A stretch of DNA of 60,067 bases from a virus. Taxonomy: Duplodnaviria; Caudoviricetes. Of this stretch, positions 37,340 to 49,000 are shown in pieces; position 1 is the first letter of the stretch, and every line of letters begins with the position of its first letter. The notes under the pieces are model-generated. The model was not told the DNA's origin, made no database searches, and saw nothing but the letters and a program-made list of their open reading frames with translations. The position numbers and the translations under genes were made by a program. Location: positions 1 to 60,067 of IMG/VR virus record IMGVR_UViG_3300012950_000003; one strand, 5' to 3'.

Positions 37340-38301
37340 AAGAATTGCGTAGCCTCAATAAGTATTTGGACTTGGAAGCGGATTGGATGTCTAAACGGAT
37401 AGTCAACCAGTTAGAGTTTCAAAAAATGGTTACGGCGGCTCTTAATTGCCCTCAAAACGAATTTCGGACTTATCAACAGGTAGGCTTGATTAGCGGCGGC
37501 ATGGATTCGGTTATCATGTGGCATATTATGCAAAATGAACCTGGCTACAAATTAGCTGTCTTCTGCGATTTAGGCCAATCTTACAATTCGGCTGAAAGGG
37601 ATGTCTTGGATCAGCGCCAAATCCCGTATGTAGAAGAAAAGCTGGATTTGAGTTCAAGGCCCAATTGGGATCATATCATCCCCGGTCGCAATATGCTGAT
37701 GATGTTGCGGGCCGTTGATTATGTCACTGATGGCGGTAATCTTTGGCTAGGATGTGTCGACGGTGAATCCGGATACGACGACGGCGATAAAAGCCAACGC
37801 TTCTTTGACCTGTTCCAGACTTACGTCAAAGCAGAATACGATAAACAGGTTAAAATAAAGACCATGCGAACTGGAACTAAAACCTATTGGCTAAGTTGGT
37901 ATTTGGGTAAAACCGCAGATTTCTCCATCTTGGGTACAGTCACCTGTTTCAACCCAATTGAAGGCAAGGCTTGTTGCGCTTGCCAAGCCTGTCTACGTAA
38001 ATACCTGGCTATTCGATATTACAGCATCACCTGCTCGACTATGATCGAGTGCGACCCCACCGGCAACCTTTTGGAGGAACCTTTCGCCACTTGGGCCGAA
38101 CATATGGACCACCCAAGTTATCGCCAAGCTATCGCCGTTGGATGTAAACCTTTCATTGAAAGTTATATCAACAAAATGGAAACGGCTTCAGCCAACAGAA
38201 ATTATAGTCATTACAGTGAGGCTAGAATCGAGGAAGACCTGCCTCTCCTACAGGAATTGAAGTCGGATTTCTATCTAGGGGCCACCGAGGAGGGTAGGTG
38301 A
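37336..38301 (+). CDS. queC: QueC-like PP-loop ATPase (7-cyano-7-deazaguanine synthase family)
   Basis: SGGMDS, LGQ, IPGRN, TCF...CCACQACLRK zinc site; ATGA overlap with ino1. Confidence 0.8.
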   Translation: MKELRSLNKYLDLEADWMSKRIVNQLEFQKMVTAALNCPQNEFRTYQQVGLISGGMDSVIMWHIMQNEPGYKLAVFCDLGQSYNSAERDVLDQRQIPYVEEKLDLSSRPNWDHIIPGRNMLMMLRAVDYVTDGGNLWLGCVDGESGYDDGDKSQRFFDLFQTYVKAEYDKQVKIKTMRTGTKTYWLSWYLGKTADFSILGTVTCFNPIEGKACCACQACLRKYLAIRYYSITCSTMIECDPTGNLLEEPFATWAEHMDHPSYRQAIAVGCKPFIESYINKMETASANRNYSHYSEARIEEDLPLLQELKSDFYLGATEEGR

Positions 38302-39059
38302 GGTTATATTTCGCCGGCGCTGACGGCACCGAAAAGTATAATCAAGCCTTGTTCACAGGCGGGGTCAAATACCGGCTAGTATCAGCTTACACTTTAGGCT
38401 ATGACCGAGAGGTACCGGATTGGCCTTTCAAATCGACCATGATTGATAGTGGCGGTTATTCGGCCCGTACGCGTGGGGTGGAAATAGAGGTTGAAGAATA
38501 TGTCGATTTCCTTAACCGCAACCAACCTGATATGGCTTTGGAACTGGATACCAGCGATGTCTGGCAGACTTTAGCCAACCGCAAGATTTTGCAAGCTAAA
38601 TGCCCTTCAGTTTACATCATCCCTATTTACCATTGGAGCGATTATATCTCCTCCACCTTCCGGTCCATGATCGACGATTTAGTCACAGACTATCCGATGA
38701 TAGCCGTCGGCGGTGTAGCCGGTGTCAGCATTGGACGAGAAGAACAGTTTGAGCTTTACGATTATGTCTTCCAACGCACCCGTGACAAAGTAAAAGTTCA
38801 CGGCTTAGGCCAAACCAGCAAACCGTATCTGGAGAAATATCCTTTTTATTCGGTGGATTCAACTTCGTGGTTAGCGGCAGTTCGTTACGGGTGCAGCATG
38901 GTGGATGGGGCTTGGAAGGAGATGACAAAGTTGCAAGCCAAACTTTATCGTGGTCAGGAAGCGTTACAGAAACGAATCCCACCGGAGATAAGGCATTACT
39001 TGAAACTGGAAGATTATTTCACCCGATTATGGGGCAAGAGAGGAGTGGTTTGGACATGA
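38298..39059 (+). CDS. DpdA/TGT-fold DNA-guanine transglycosylase-like protein
   Basis: IDSGGYS, ELD, IPIYH, AVGG, KVHGLG, SVDSTSW; context of deazaguanine synthesis genes. Confidence 0.8.
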   Translation: MRLYFAGADGTEKYNQALFTGGVKYRLVSAYTLGYDREVPDWPFKSTMIDSGGYSARTRGVEIEVEEYVDFLNRNQPDMALELDTSDVWQTLANRKILQAKCPSVYIIPIYHWSDYISSTFRSMIDDLVTDYPMIAVGGVAGVSIGREEQFELYDYVFQRTRDKVKVHGLGQTSKPYLEKYPFYSVDSTSWLAAVRYGCSMVDGAWKEMTKLQAKLYRGQEALQKRIPPEIRHYLKLEDYFTRLWGKRGVVWT

Positions 39060-39781
39060 ACCAACACGGAACCCAACTAGCGGAACTGAACGTCGCAGAC
39101 CTGATAAAAGCCGACTGGAATTATAAGTCAGACGCTTCAGCAGAGATGCTAGAAAAGTTATGTGCTAGTATCAGCAAAGACCATTCGGCTGGTGTATTAG
39201 CGGTCAGAGAAATGGAGTCCGGGCAATTCGAGGTAATCGACGGCAACCACCGTTTCCAAGCTGTTTGCGAGTTAGGTTGGGAGAAAGTGCCTTGTGAAAA
39301 TTTCGGCGAAATTAGTTTAGCCCATGCGGTAACGGTAGCCCGACGCCGTAACCACCAATGGTTTGAGGACGACCCATTAGCCTTCGCCGAACTCTACCGC
39401 GACGTGGTATTGCCAGAATACAGCGTTGGGGAGTTGGAACAGTTTATGCCGGACAGCCAACAAGAACTGGAAGATTTGGCTAAACTGCTCGATTTTGATT
39501 GGGGCGAGTTCGATCAGGAAGAAACCCGCGAGGGAGCTAGACCTTCGGGCGAAATCGAAATAACCGTTAGCCTGAGTAAAGAACAGGCCGAGCTAGTTAC
39601 AGCTGAGTTGGAACGGGTGGGCGGAGAGACAGCCAACGCACTGGTCAGAATCGCTTGTACCAGCCAAAACTTTGAGCTAGCCCAAATAGAAGAATATTAT
39701 CAACAAACGATTCGTCAATGGTCGCCCGAGACAGCGGAAGAAGAAACAGAAGAACAGGACCTAATCCCTTTCTCCAGCTAA
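39056..39781 (+). CDS. ParB/Srx N-terminal domain protein
   Basis: WNY...LEKLCASI...VIDGNHRFQA; start moved to the ATGA overlap at 39056. Confidence 0.85.
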   Translation: MNQHGTQLAELNVADLIKADWNYKSDASAEMLEKLCASISKDHSAGVLAVREMESGQFEVIDGNHRFQAVCELGWEKVPCENFGEISLAHAVTVARRRNHQWFEDDPLAFAELYRDVVLPEYSVGELEQFMPDSQQELEDLAKLLDFDWGEFDQEETREGARPSGEIEITVSLSKEQAELVTAELERVGGETANALVRIACTSQNFELAQIEEYYQQTIRQWSPETAEEETEEQDLIPFSS

Positions 39782-39803
39782 ATTATTGCCAGCCTAAATT
39801 GCG

Positions 39804-41153
39804 ATGCGGTATAATAGCCCGAAGGTCAACTTGAAACAGATACGGTTCCCCGGCTTGAGGGCGGTGCCGGCTATTTTCAAACCGGCTTTTCAAGCTCTGC
39901 CTAAGCAACAGCAGTTCATAGATTCAGAGGCTTCTGAAAATCTGTATTCCGGGGCGGTTCGGGCTGGCAAGAGCCGGGCTTTGATGGAAAAATGTTATCT
40001 GCAAGGCGTGGCGGCACCCGGTATTCGGTTAGGCGTGTTCCGCAAAGTGCGAAGCACTATGTACGAAACCACCATTCGCACTTTCTTGTGCGACGTTTTG
40101 GGGTGGGATTCGATGGAAGATCCGCAACACCAACTGGTCAAACGGTGGCGAAAATCGGAGTTGAAAGCTACCCTCTATAACGGTTCCGAAATCATATTCT
40201 TGGGTATGGACAAGAATACCAAGATAGGGTCGCTAGAATTGGGCGGAGCTTTCGTCGATGAAGCGCATGAACTGGATGTCGACGATTGGAACATGATCCA
40301 AACCCGGTTGAGCCAGCCGATAGTGGAGAAACAGCAGATGTGGGCCGCTTGCAACCCGGCCAGTCCAATGCACTGGTTATACGAAAAGTTCTTCCGTCAG
40401 GCTGGTGATGACACCTATTGCGTAAGCACCAACAGTTTCGAGAACCCGTATTTGGGTGACGAATATATTGCACGCCTAAAACGGATGACTGGCAACTTCT
40501 ATCGCCGCATGGCTTTAGGCGAATGGGTAGCCTTTTCCGGCTTGGTTTATGACTGTTTTGATCCGGACCAGCACATCGTCGATGAGGTGAAGACTGGTGA
40601 TAGCTTCAATCTCCGCTCCATAGATTTCGGAGGACTTAACCCGCATGTCTGCCAATGGTGGCGAGTTTATCAAGATGGACGCATGGCTTTGTATCGGGAA
40701 CTGTATCACAGTAACATTTCGGTTCGGGCTTTCGCTGATATGATCCACCAACACCAACCCAAACAAGAACAGATTATGTTTACTGTCAGCGACCATGATG
40801 TTAGTGACCGACTCACCTTAGCCGAAAATGGCATCCAAACCCGACCGGCCTTGAAAGAGGTTAGGCAAGGTATCGAACGAACTTATGAAAAGCTGGCTAA
40901 CGGAGAACTGTTATTTTATCGACAGGCCTTGGTGGAACAGGATTGGCAGTTGAAAGATGATACCGGAGCAGTTAATCGGGTTAGGCCCCAATCCACATTA
41001 GAAGAAATCAGCGGCTACGAATGGGCAGTGAGTGCCGGTATCCCTAAAGACCAGCCGACCAAGAAAGACGATCACGGTATGGATGCTATGCGATATGCGG
41101 TGATGAGTTTACATCACCCCCAAGCTAGCTGGCGGCATATAAGGGGAGTTTAG
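39804..41153 (+). CDS. Terminase large subunit
   Basis: GAVRAGKS Walker A, FVDEAHE Walker B, ACNP, SIDFG, DDHGMDAMRY. Confidence 0.95.
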   Translation: MRYNSPKVNLKQIRFPGLRAVPAIFKPAFQALPKQQQFIDSEASENLYSGAVRAGKSRALMEKCYLQGVAAPGIRLGVFRKVRSTMYETTIRTFLCDVLGWDSMEDPQHQLVKRWRKSELKATLYNGSEIIFLGMDKNTKIGSLELGGAFVDEAHELDVDDWNMIQTRLSQPIVEKQQMWAACNPASPMHWLYEKFFRQAGDDTYCVSTNSFENPYLGDEYIARLKRMTGNFYRRMALGEWVAFSGLVYDCFDPDQHIVDEVKTGDSFNLRSIDFGGLNPHVCQWWRVYQDGRMALYRELYHSNISVRAFADMIHQHQPKQEQIMFTVSDHDVSDRLTLAENGIQTRPALKEVRQGIERTYEKLANGELLFYRQALVEQDWQLKDDTGAVNRVRPQSTLEEISGYEWAVSAGIPKDQPTKKDDHGMDAMRYAVMSLHHPQASWRHIRGV

Positions 41154-41453
41154 ATGGCTAGGACACCTCGATCCATGCACTATGACCAATTGAAAGCGCC
41201 GATTATTCTGCACAGTTTCTGGTCAGCCCGTTATGGCACCGTACACAAAATCCAGTGCGATACCGATTTGGAGTGGCGGGACCTAATCCAAGGGGTACCG
41301 GATTACGACAAAATCTTGTATGAAGTGGGTAAACGAAAGTTGGTAGCACCAGATTATTGTCTTTACATTTTGATAGAAAGGCGTAAAATGTTAGAGTTTA
41401 GAGAACGCAAATACGGCGAGAAGGCAGAACGTAAAATCATATCAGTGGGGTAA
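41154..41453 (+). CDS. Hypothetical protein
   Basis: GGGAG RBS; lies between TerL and portal. Confidence 0.6.
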   Translation: MARTPRSMHYDQLKAPIILHSFWSARYGTVHKIQCDTDLEWRDLIQGVPDYDKILYEVGKRKLVAPDYCLYILIERRKMLEFRERKYGEKAERKIISVG

Positions 41454-41456
41454 ACA

Positions 41457-42884
41457 ATGGATTTCATCACCCAATTCCATCCAGACTACACCAACTTTCA
41501 AGCCGATTGGCAGTTCTATCTACAATCCTATATCGGTGGTCGGGCATATGTTACCGACAGCAATCTGTTCCAACATTTACGTGAAAGCGAACAGGATTTC
41601 AACTTACGTCTGAAACGGGCGGTCTACACCAATTACTGTCGGACAGTCATCGACCTCTACACCTCTTTCATTTTTGGGGTGGAAACCCATGTCATGCGTG
41701 ATTTTGAGGATGACCCCTATTACCTTGATTTCAGTCGTGACGTGGATTTACGGGGCAATACCATCGACGATTTCATGCAACAAGTGGCTACCTATACCCA
41801 AGTCTATGGTTTCTGCGGTATCCTGGTCGACTCACCACCATTGGATGATTCCATCCTAACTTTGCGTGACCAACAAGATTCCGGTATCCGACCTTATCTC
41901 TGTATCTACCAGCCAGTGGATATAGTCAATTGGTCCTTGGATAAATTCGGCCAGTTATTATGGGTTCGGCTACGGGAAAAGGTAACAGACAATGACGACC
42001 CGTTTGAAGAAACGGAAGAAGAAGTGGTGTTCCGCACCTTCACCCGTGACGAATGGTTCTTGCACGACGATGAAGGAGAACTGATAGAACAAGATACTCA
42101 CGGGTTGCAACGGGTACCTTTTGTCTTGGCCTATTTCCAACGTCATCCCCAATACCCGTTAATTGGTCTGAGCCAGTTAGTGGATATAGCCCCTATCAAC
42201 CGTCTGCTGACCAATATTAGCAGTTACATTGACGAGTTCGTAGCTAAACAAGCCTTCCCTTTCTTAGCGGCCTCGGACAATCCAATGGCGGCTAGCGATC
42301 AGGAAGAAGAAGCCATCATCTCGGCCAGTAACGTGTTCCAGTATCCGCAAGGCGGTCAACCACCGGCTTATGTCAGCCCACCCACTGACCCGGCTGAGTT
42401 CATGCAGGGTTTTTCTAGCGACTACCTAATCCAACAGATTTTGCGCGCGGCCCATCTGGATCATCGGGCATTGGCTGAACAATCTGGGGTAGCCAAACAA
42501 TACGATTTCCATCAACTGAACCATGTCCTAAGCCGGTTTAGTCGTAACCTTGAAATGGCTGAAGCACAGATAATGACGCTCTACCATAGTTGGACTGGAC
42601 AGGATTTGGATTTAGGCCAAATAGATTATCCAGACACCTTCGAGATCGAATCCATCAGTCAAGCACTGGCTAACAGCAAACTGGTGCGTGACATCTTCGC
42701 CGACAAATCACCCACCTTCACCAGTGAGCATCTCCATCGGATGGCCCGCCGACTAGCGCCCAAATTAGAACAAGACGTAGCCGAGACAATCGCCACCGAA
42801 CTAGGGGGAAGTGCTAAAAACGATTCTCTGGCCTTGGCTTACATGGCCGAGAGAGAAGAATTTGGCGGTAACGGACAAGCCTAA
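41457..42884 (+). CDS. Portal protein
   Basis: 475 aa after TerL; HPDY, RLKRAVYTNY, GILVD, HGLQRVPFV, QSGVAK. Confidence 0.9.
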   Translation: MDFITQFHPDYTNFQADWQFYLQSYIGGRAYVTDSNLFQHLRESEQDFNLRLKRAVYTNYCRTVIDLYTSFIFGVETHVMRDFEDDPYYLDFSRDVDLRGNTIDDFMQQVATYTQVYGFCGILVDSPPLDDSILTLRDQQDSGIRPYLCIYQPVDIVNWSLDKFGQLLWVRLREKVTDNDDPFEETEEEVVFRTFTRDEWFLHDDEGELIEQDTHGLQRVPFVLAYFQRHPQYPLIGLSQLVDIAPINRLLTNISSYIDEFVAKQAFPFLAASDNPMAASDQEEEAIISASNVFQYPQGGQPPAYVSPPTDPAEFMQGFSSDYLIQQILRAAHLDHRALAEQSGVAKQYDFHQLNHVLSRFSRNLEMAEAQIMTLYHSWTGQDLDLGQIDYPDTFEIESISQALANSKLVRDIFADKSPTFTSEHLHRMARRLAPKLEQDVAETIATELGGSAKNDSLALAYMAEREEFGGNGQA

Positions 42885-43077
42885 TCAGCCGATGAAAAAG
42901 TTGGAAGACTATCATCCTGATGAGATGATTCCGGTTGACAGCTATTTGGTCCAATCAATGTGCGCTAAATGGCGGCGGCAGTTGGGGGTAATAATGGTTG
43001 AACGGCGTTTTGACAAACAGATGGAAGAAATTCTGAACCAATATCATCCCCAGACCATGATTGAAAAGAAGAAATGA
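42811..43077 (+). CDS. Hypothetical protein
   Basis: ATGA overlap with the next gene; start uncertain. Confidence 0.45.
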   Translation: MLKTILWPWLTWPREKNLAVTDKPNQPMKKLEDYHPDEMIPVDSYLVQSMCAKWRRQLGVIMVERRFDKQMEEILNQYHPQTMIEKKK

Positions 43078-46000
43078 GTATAGCCGATTACCAAGAATCT
43101 GTTTACCGATCCAGAGCTATCCCGTATAAAGCCACTGAAGCAGTAGAAGCTCGCCAGCTAACCGCTCTCAAAATGGCCTCGGCACAGCTAACGGATATAA
43201 TTCGTCAGATGACAGATTCCGGCGATTTGGAACAGGACGAACAGGTGAGTCGTGGTTTGTACTTAGCCAAAAGAATGGCGATCCAAAGTTTGATGACCCA
43301 ATTGGGGGACGGAATCAGTGGTGATATTTCGGAGACGGTGGCGGCGGTAACAGAAGAAACGGTCAGCATGATGGAAACCATCACTGACAAGTTGGATGAT
43401 GAAGACTTGGATTTGAGCAATTTCGCCTCGATCCCCCAAACGGTGGTTCAAGAATATGCCCACCGATCCGATGTGGAAGGATTGAAAATTAGTCCTAGCA
43501 TTTGGGCTGGACACCAAACAGCCCTGATCGAGAATAAGGTACTGTCGGCTTTAGCCCGAGGCCAAAGTGCCACTAGTTTAGCCGAGGATCTGCAAAAATT
43601 CGTCCTCGGCGGTTCGGAAGGTATGGGTCAAAGTGTGGCCTATAAAGCCTTTAGATTAGCTCGGTCAGAAATCAATAACGCTTATCACGAAAGCCGTCGA
43701 TTAAGTGCCATCGCCAGCCCGGTGGTAGCGGCAATGGAATGGAAGTTAAGTAATCGACACCCCGGCTGGGATATTTGCAACATGCTAGCCCAACAGAATT
43801 TATACGGTTTAGGCGCTGGCGTTTATCCTAGCGAACAGTTACCGCCAAAACCGCACCCCAACTGCATCTGTTATACTCTAGACAAATTGAGATCTCCAGC
43901 GGATTGGCAGAAACCCAAGCCTATACATCGGATGAAAAAAAGCCCTAGTGAGTATCGGCCTAAAGGCCAAGGCACCCAACTCTATATCAAGCGGCAATAC
44001 GAGTTTTTCGACCAGTTAATGGAGACTGTCAACTACGAAGCCGATAAGATTATGCCTATCGTAGCTGACGATTTGGCGATCCAACCAGCGCTAGGTTATG
44101 AGATCCCGACCTTTGACCTAACCGAGGCTCCATTGGAGTTTTTGGCTACTGACTATTTCAGTCAGCTATACCAGATTCCGACTATCAAAGCGGCCTTGTC
44201 AGAAACCGATTTCGAGATCATGTTACAAACCGGCTTGATCGCCACCGAATCAGGGCTAAAAGTCAAAGATGTGAAAATGAAAGGGGCGCAGTACCAGTGG
44301 AAACAGATTGCGCTTGACCATTTTGCCAGCCAAGGCATTAAGCTGTCCGACACCGATCAGAAGCTGGTAGCCGACCAGTTAAAGTTGGCCGGGGCTGAAG
44401 CTGTCCAAAAAGGGTTGACCGCCGAACAAATGATGGGGGCTAAAACCCCACCACCAGCACCCGCACCAACGCTCAAGCCGGGGCAAATCACAGCGGAATT
44501 AGCCAGTGATATGTACAGCCAAAAAACGGTGCTATCACCCGGGCTTGGTGAGTTATCTATGGCTGACTGGATGGTCGAACCGGTTTTTGACAAGTTGCTA
44601 AAATGGGCGGTCAAGCAAGAGTCGGCAGGAATTGGAATAACCACCGCCAACTTGAAAGCTGAGTGGACATCTGAATTGGCTAACGTGGGCAAGATCTGGG
44701 TCGATGTGTTCGGGCCGGGGGATTTAGATAGCATAGTCCAGAAATTCTCGGAATTTGGTGGGCAGATCAGTGGTGGCGCCGCTAAACCAACACCAGCCCC
44801 AACACCAGCCCCACCACCCAAACCAGCCCCAGTGCCAACACCTACAGCACCTAGCACTAGCACCTATCCTATTCCTAGCGGGTACAAGTTTGGCGTAGTC
44901 AGCGCGGAAGATATGATAGCTATGGCCCAAGAAGGTATTGATGCTCTAACGCAAAATATGGACATCAAGGGTAAGCCGATGAAAGGGTTGCAGTACCAAT
45001 GGTCGTATATTGTGGAAGGTTATTACGACCAACTCACCATCAAAGTACCTGGTCCAGAACAAAAGAAACTCGGCCAACAGGTATCTGATCTAGCTAAACA
45101 GGCTATGGATAACAACCTAACGGCTCAACAGGTTGTCAGTCCCGGCCCGGCCCCAATCGACAAAGATTTCCAAGTGCCAACCCTACCATCGCTAACCGAT
45201 GGAGCTTTTGCAGAGATGCTGGATCTTGGCCTTAATTACACTCAGGTGGGCATGGAAATCAAGGGTAAACCGATGACCGGGTTGCAGTACCAATGGAAAC
45301 AGATAGTTGATGATTATTACCTCGCGGCTGGTGCTAAAGCCAACGCTTCAGTACAAAAAACAATCGCCGACCAGTTGATTAAAGCCTCACAACAGGCCCA
45401 AGATCTGGGGTTAAGCGGGGAAGAATTGGTCTCGGCCCCAACAGCCGGTGCCGCCACCGCCGGACCGGCACAGATAGTGCCACCAGCGGCCTCGACGGTA
45501 TCAGCCCAAACTCCGACCACCGCCCAATTCCAGCAGAAAGCTGTAGGGCCGAAGAATCCCATCTTCCCACCGGATCTGCAATCAGTAGAGTTCGTGCAAT
45601 CGTTAGGCGGATCAACCGGGGCTAAATTAGTCAAAGGCATAGATGCTATCGCACGCAAATTCGTGTTAAAAAAGGGTGCTAATGAACCCCATTTGAAAGA
45701 GGAAATGATCGCCGATTCCATCTATAAATCGTTCGAAGAAGATAGGATCGGGGGCAAATTTAACACGATGAAGACGAAAGTGCCAGACTCTGAGAGTTAT
45801 CAGGATGTGGATGGTGCTATGGTTAAATTGAGTAATTTTCACGTTGGCGAGTCATTAGCCGATGTGCTTAACGGTAAGACTTCGCTTGATGTCGACCGAG
45901 TTAAAAAGGGGTTGCAACAAGGGTTTGTGCTAGATGCCCTGATAGGGAATTGGGATGTGGTTGGTTTAGGCTCTGATAATATTTTGGTCGACCAACAGCA

Positions 46001-49000
46001 TGACGTCTATCGCATAGATAATGGCGGGGCGTTACGATTCCGAGCGCAAGGTACTAGCAAAGGTTCAAAATTCCGCGATCAGCCGGAAGAAATCTGGACC
46101 ATGATGGATAAGAATCTTAATGCTCCATCGGCCAAAGCCTTTGACGGTCTAACTTTCAACGATGTTAAGAAACAGGCCGATTTCCTGTACGAGAACCGAG
46201 ACCTGATCTTGAGTAACCCGTTATTAGACCCGGCTTTGAAAGCTAAGTTAAGTAAACGGTTGGATGCTTTAGCTGACGACACGTTTTGGCAGAAAGCTAG
46301 AACCGAGTATATCCGTTTGGGTATCGCTACACCGGCCTTAAAGAAAAAGGTCAGCGCTGAGACAACAGAGAGTTATCGTAACGTGATGACTGGCATTACT
46401 GAAAAGGTGGAGCAGGACGCCACTTTTGGCCGTATCGCTGTCTCGATAGATAAAGAGGTAGTTGAAGACCATAACGCAAGTATTCAAAAAGACATTGATC
46501 CGCGGGGGAATGTTAAGCATATATTAGAGTTCAAGGTCACTGAAACTAACCAAGACGAGTTCAAAAAAGCCATGGAGGATTTAGGGGCTAAGAGAGATGA
46601 ATGGAATTATCTCTCCCGTCAGTACGATCAAGGGGAAGGTGGATGGAAAAATACCAGCCCCAGCTCCGGCTCCAACATTTCTTTTGACAAGGTTTGGCAA
46701 TATCGCCGTTCGGACGATCAGGCTTATGACATCGCTTTCTTTGATAATATCTCTAGTGTGAAAGAAACTTATGGATCATCCTCGACTAAGGCTTTGCGGG
46801 GTACGGTCAAAATAGAGGTTGATGGTTCGTTAGCCCAACTGCAAGAAAGGTTGCCGCAAGTGATTTCTGATTTAGGGTTGTCACCGGACCTAATGGCTAC
46901 ACCGGCCGATGACGATAGGTTGAAACTGAAAACGGCCCAAATGTTTCAACGGATCGCTCCCAATATGATGGTCAAAGAAGGGTACAGCCAACGGTTCACT
47001 GAATCTATGGATCAGGCAGAATGGGACGATTTGTATAAGGATGCGGTCGGGAAGATGGCCAAGGAATCGAAGCAAAGCGAAGATACTATTGTCCAATGGA
47101 TAAACGGGATGCAGTTAGGAGAAGCCTTTTCTGGTACTGATACCTATATCAACCAAGACACCGATTACAACCAATGGGTGACAAAAGGAGTGGATTACCT
47201 GATCCACAGCATTAGCCCACAACGGACGGCGGATGTCTTTGGCACAGCCGGATCTCAAGGTTTAATGTCGTCACGGGAAAGGTTTGGTCGGGGTATTACG
47301 GTAGGAGGCGGTTCAACTGGAGATGATTTTAGAACAGGTGGAGCCGATAGCGCCTTTACCCGGGTGGTCAATTACAAGGTAGCCCCGAAAAGGGGTATCC
47401 AAGATATTGGAGGAGCAGTTTCTTTGATCTTGGACAAATCATTATTGTCTCGAAGTGATTGGTACGCCTACAAATCTGACAATTTTGGTGACACTGATTT
47501 CAAGGCCCATACTTATGATAGGCTAACTGAAGCGGGCAAAGCCTCCGCAAGTGACAATGAAGTTATGTTCCGGGCTGGCATTCCCGCCCAGTTTGTGCGA
47601 GGAATTGTTTGTCGGTCACAGTCGGTCAAGAAAGAGTTGCTAGACACGTTGGCCCAGAAAGGGATTACTCAAATCGGTACCGTACCTATTAACGAGTATA
47701 CAGTACTGGTGGCGGCAAACCAAGACGAGCATGACTATTTCAAAAACCCGGCCTATGTAGAAGATGCCAGTTTGTTAATGCCGTCAGCCGGGCCAGTACC
47801 ACCACCTCCAGTTCGGGCTAAGACCATCGACGATATTTATAAAAACGATAAGATATCTATCACTACGCCATCTGGTGTTCCGTCCATGGTTAATATCAAA
47901 TCTATCTTTATTTACCAAAAAGTCTTCGAAGATATGGTTGATTGGGTAGGAGACAATGCAGGCTTTACCGTAGACCAATTCAAGGCGGAATTGGGTAAAC
48001 ATAATCCAGCGATGGCCAGTGTGTCAGATAACAAGCTGGACGATTTATCCAAAGGGCTGAAAAAGGCGTATCAAGACATTCAAGCACCAACGCCGGCACC
48101 GCCAGTCAGCAAAGATGATTATATCAAAGAGCATTTTGCCGGTATAGATTATAACGATCCCGATTGGGGGATGATGGCGGATTTGGACTTAGGCTCATTC
48201 CAGGATATTGTCAAATGGGTGGATGACAATCCCAATGATGCCACCTATGAGTGGGACAAAAAGTTCCAAGCTAAATGGGCTGAGTATGACTTTTTGATTG
48301 AACACGCAAGCATGACCAGCATCGACAAGTACGGCGCCCAAATAGTGCAACTGATTATTGATGCTGAAAAACCAGCACCAGCCCCACCACCTGCACCTAC
48401 TCCGGCACCTAGCCCAAGCACCACCGAGGCGGATGTTAAAGACGAATATGCCCTACTAAAGAAAAAGCCATATTCTGATGCTGGGAACATTTCGGGCAAG
48501 TGGTATCCGACTGAAGACGAGTTCGGAGAGTTAGTAGAATGGGCCTTGGATAAGGTTAATAATAATCAAGGATCGCCGAATATTTCGTCTGTCCACGCCA
48601 AATGGTATACGCTAAATGGGCCGTCGTCTCCGAACTCGAAGAACTTGAAAAACATTGTCGAGTCTCTGGAATCGGTTCTAAAGAAGGTCTCCGCTCAAGC
48701 CCAAGCCCAAACCCCAACGCCGACGGGAACAGCACCCCCACCCTTCATTTTAGACATGGATAATTTGGATATAGCTCAAATGCCGATAACCGACAGCAAA
48801 AAAGAGGTTATGACTAAAGGGCAGATGATTGCCGGTCCAGAGAATCTGAAAGTCTTGTTTGAAGACATTAAATATTTAACAGTTGACCCTGGGGTTGGTG
48901 ATCCTACAAATATAGACTTGATAACAGAGATTGTGGAAGAGTTTATGGAGGAAGAAGAATTACCCCTTTCAGACAAGATGAAGTCTAATCTAGTCGAAGC

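Noticed and set aside
38867-39055. Longer N-terminus of the ParB-like ORF
   Set aside because: It overlaps the dpdA-like gene; AGGAG RBS and ATGA overlap support the start at 39056.
33041-39059. Cluster as auxiliary genes for tRNA queuosine or folate synthesis
   Set aside because: No queF, queA or queG; the transglycosylase is short and DpdA-like, lacking the zinc-binding tail of bacterial tRNA TGT, so DNA modification is more likely.
39056-39781. ParB as a plasmid partition system (phage-plasmid)
   Set aside because: No ParA and no evident centromere-binding HTH; the gene is coupled to the modification operon.
45600-46300. MuF kinase domain acting on the Ino1 product as a true phosphoinositide kinase
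   Set aside because: The fold similarity also covers HipA-like protein kinases; nothing in the sequence indicates the substrate.
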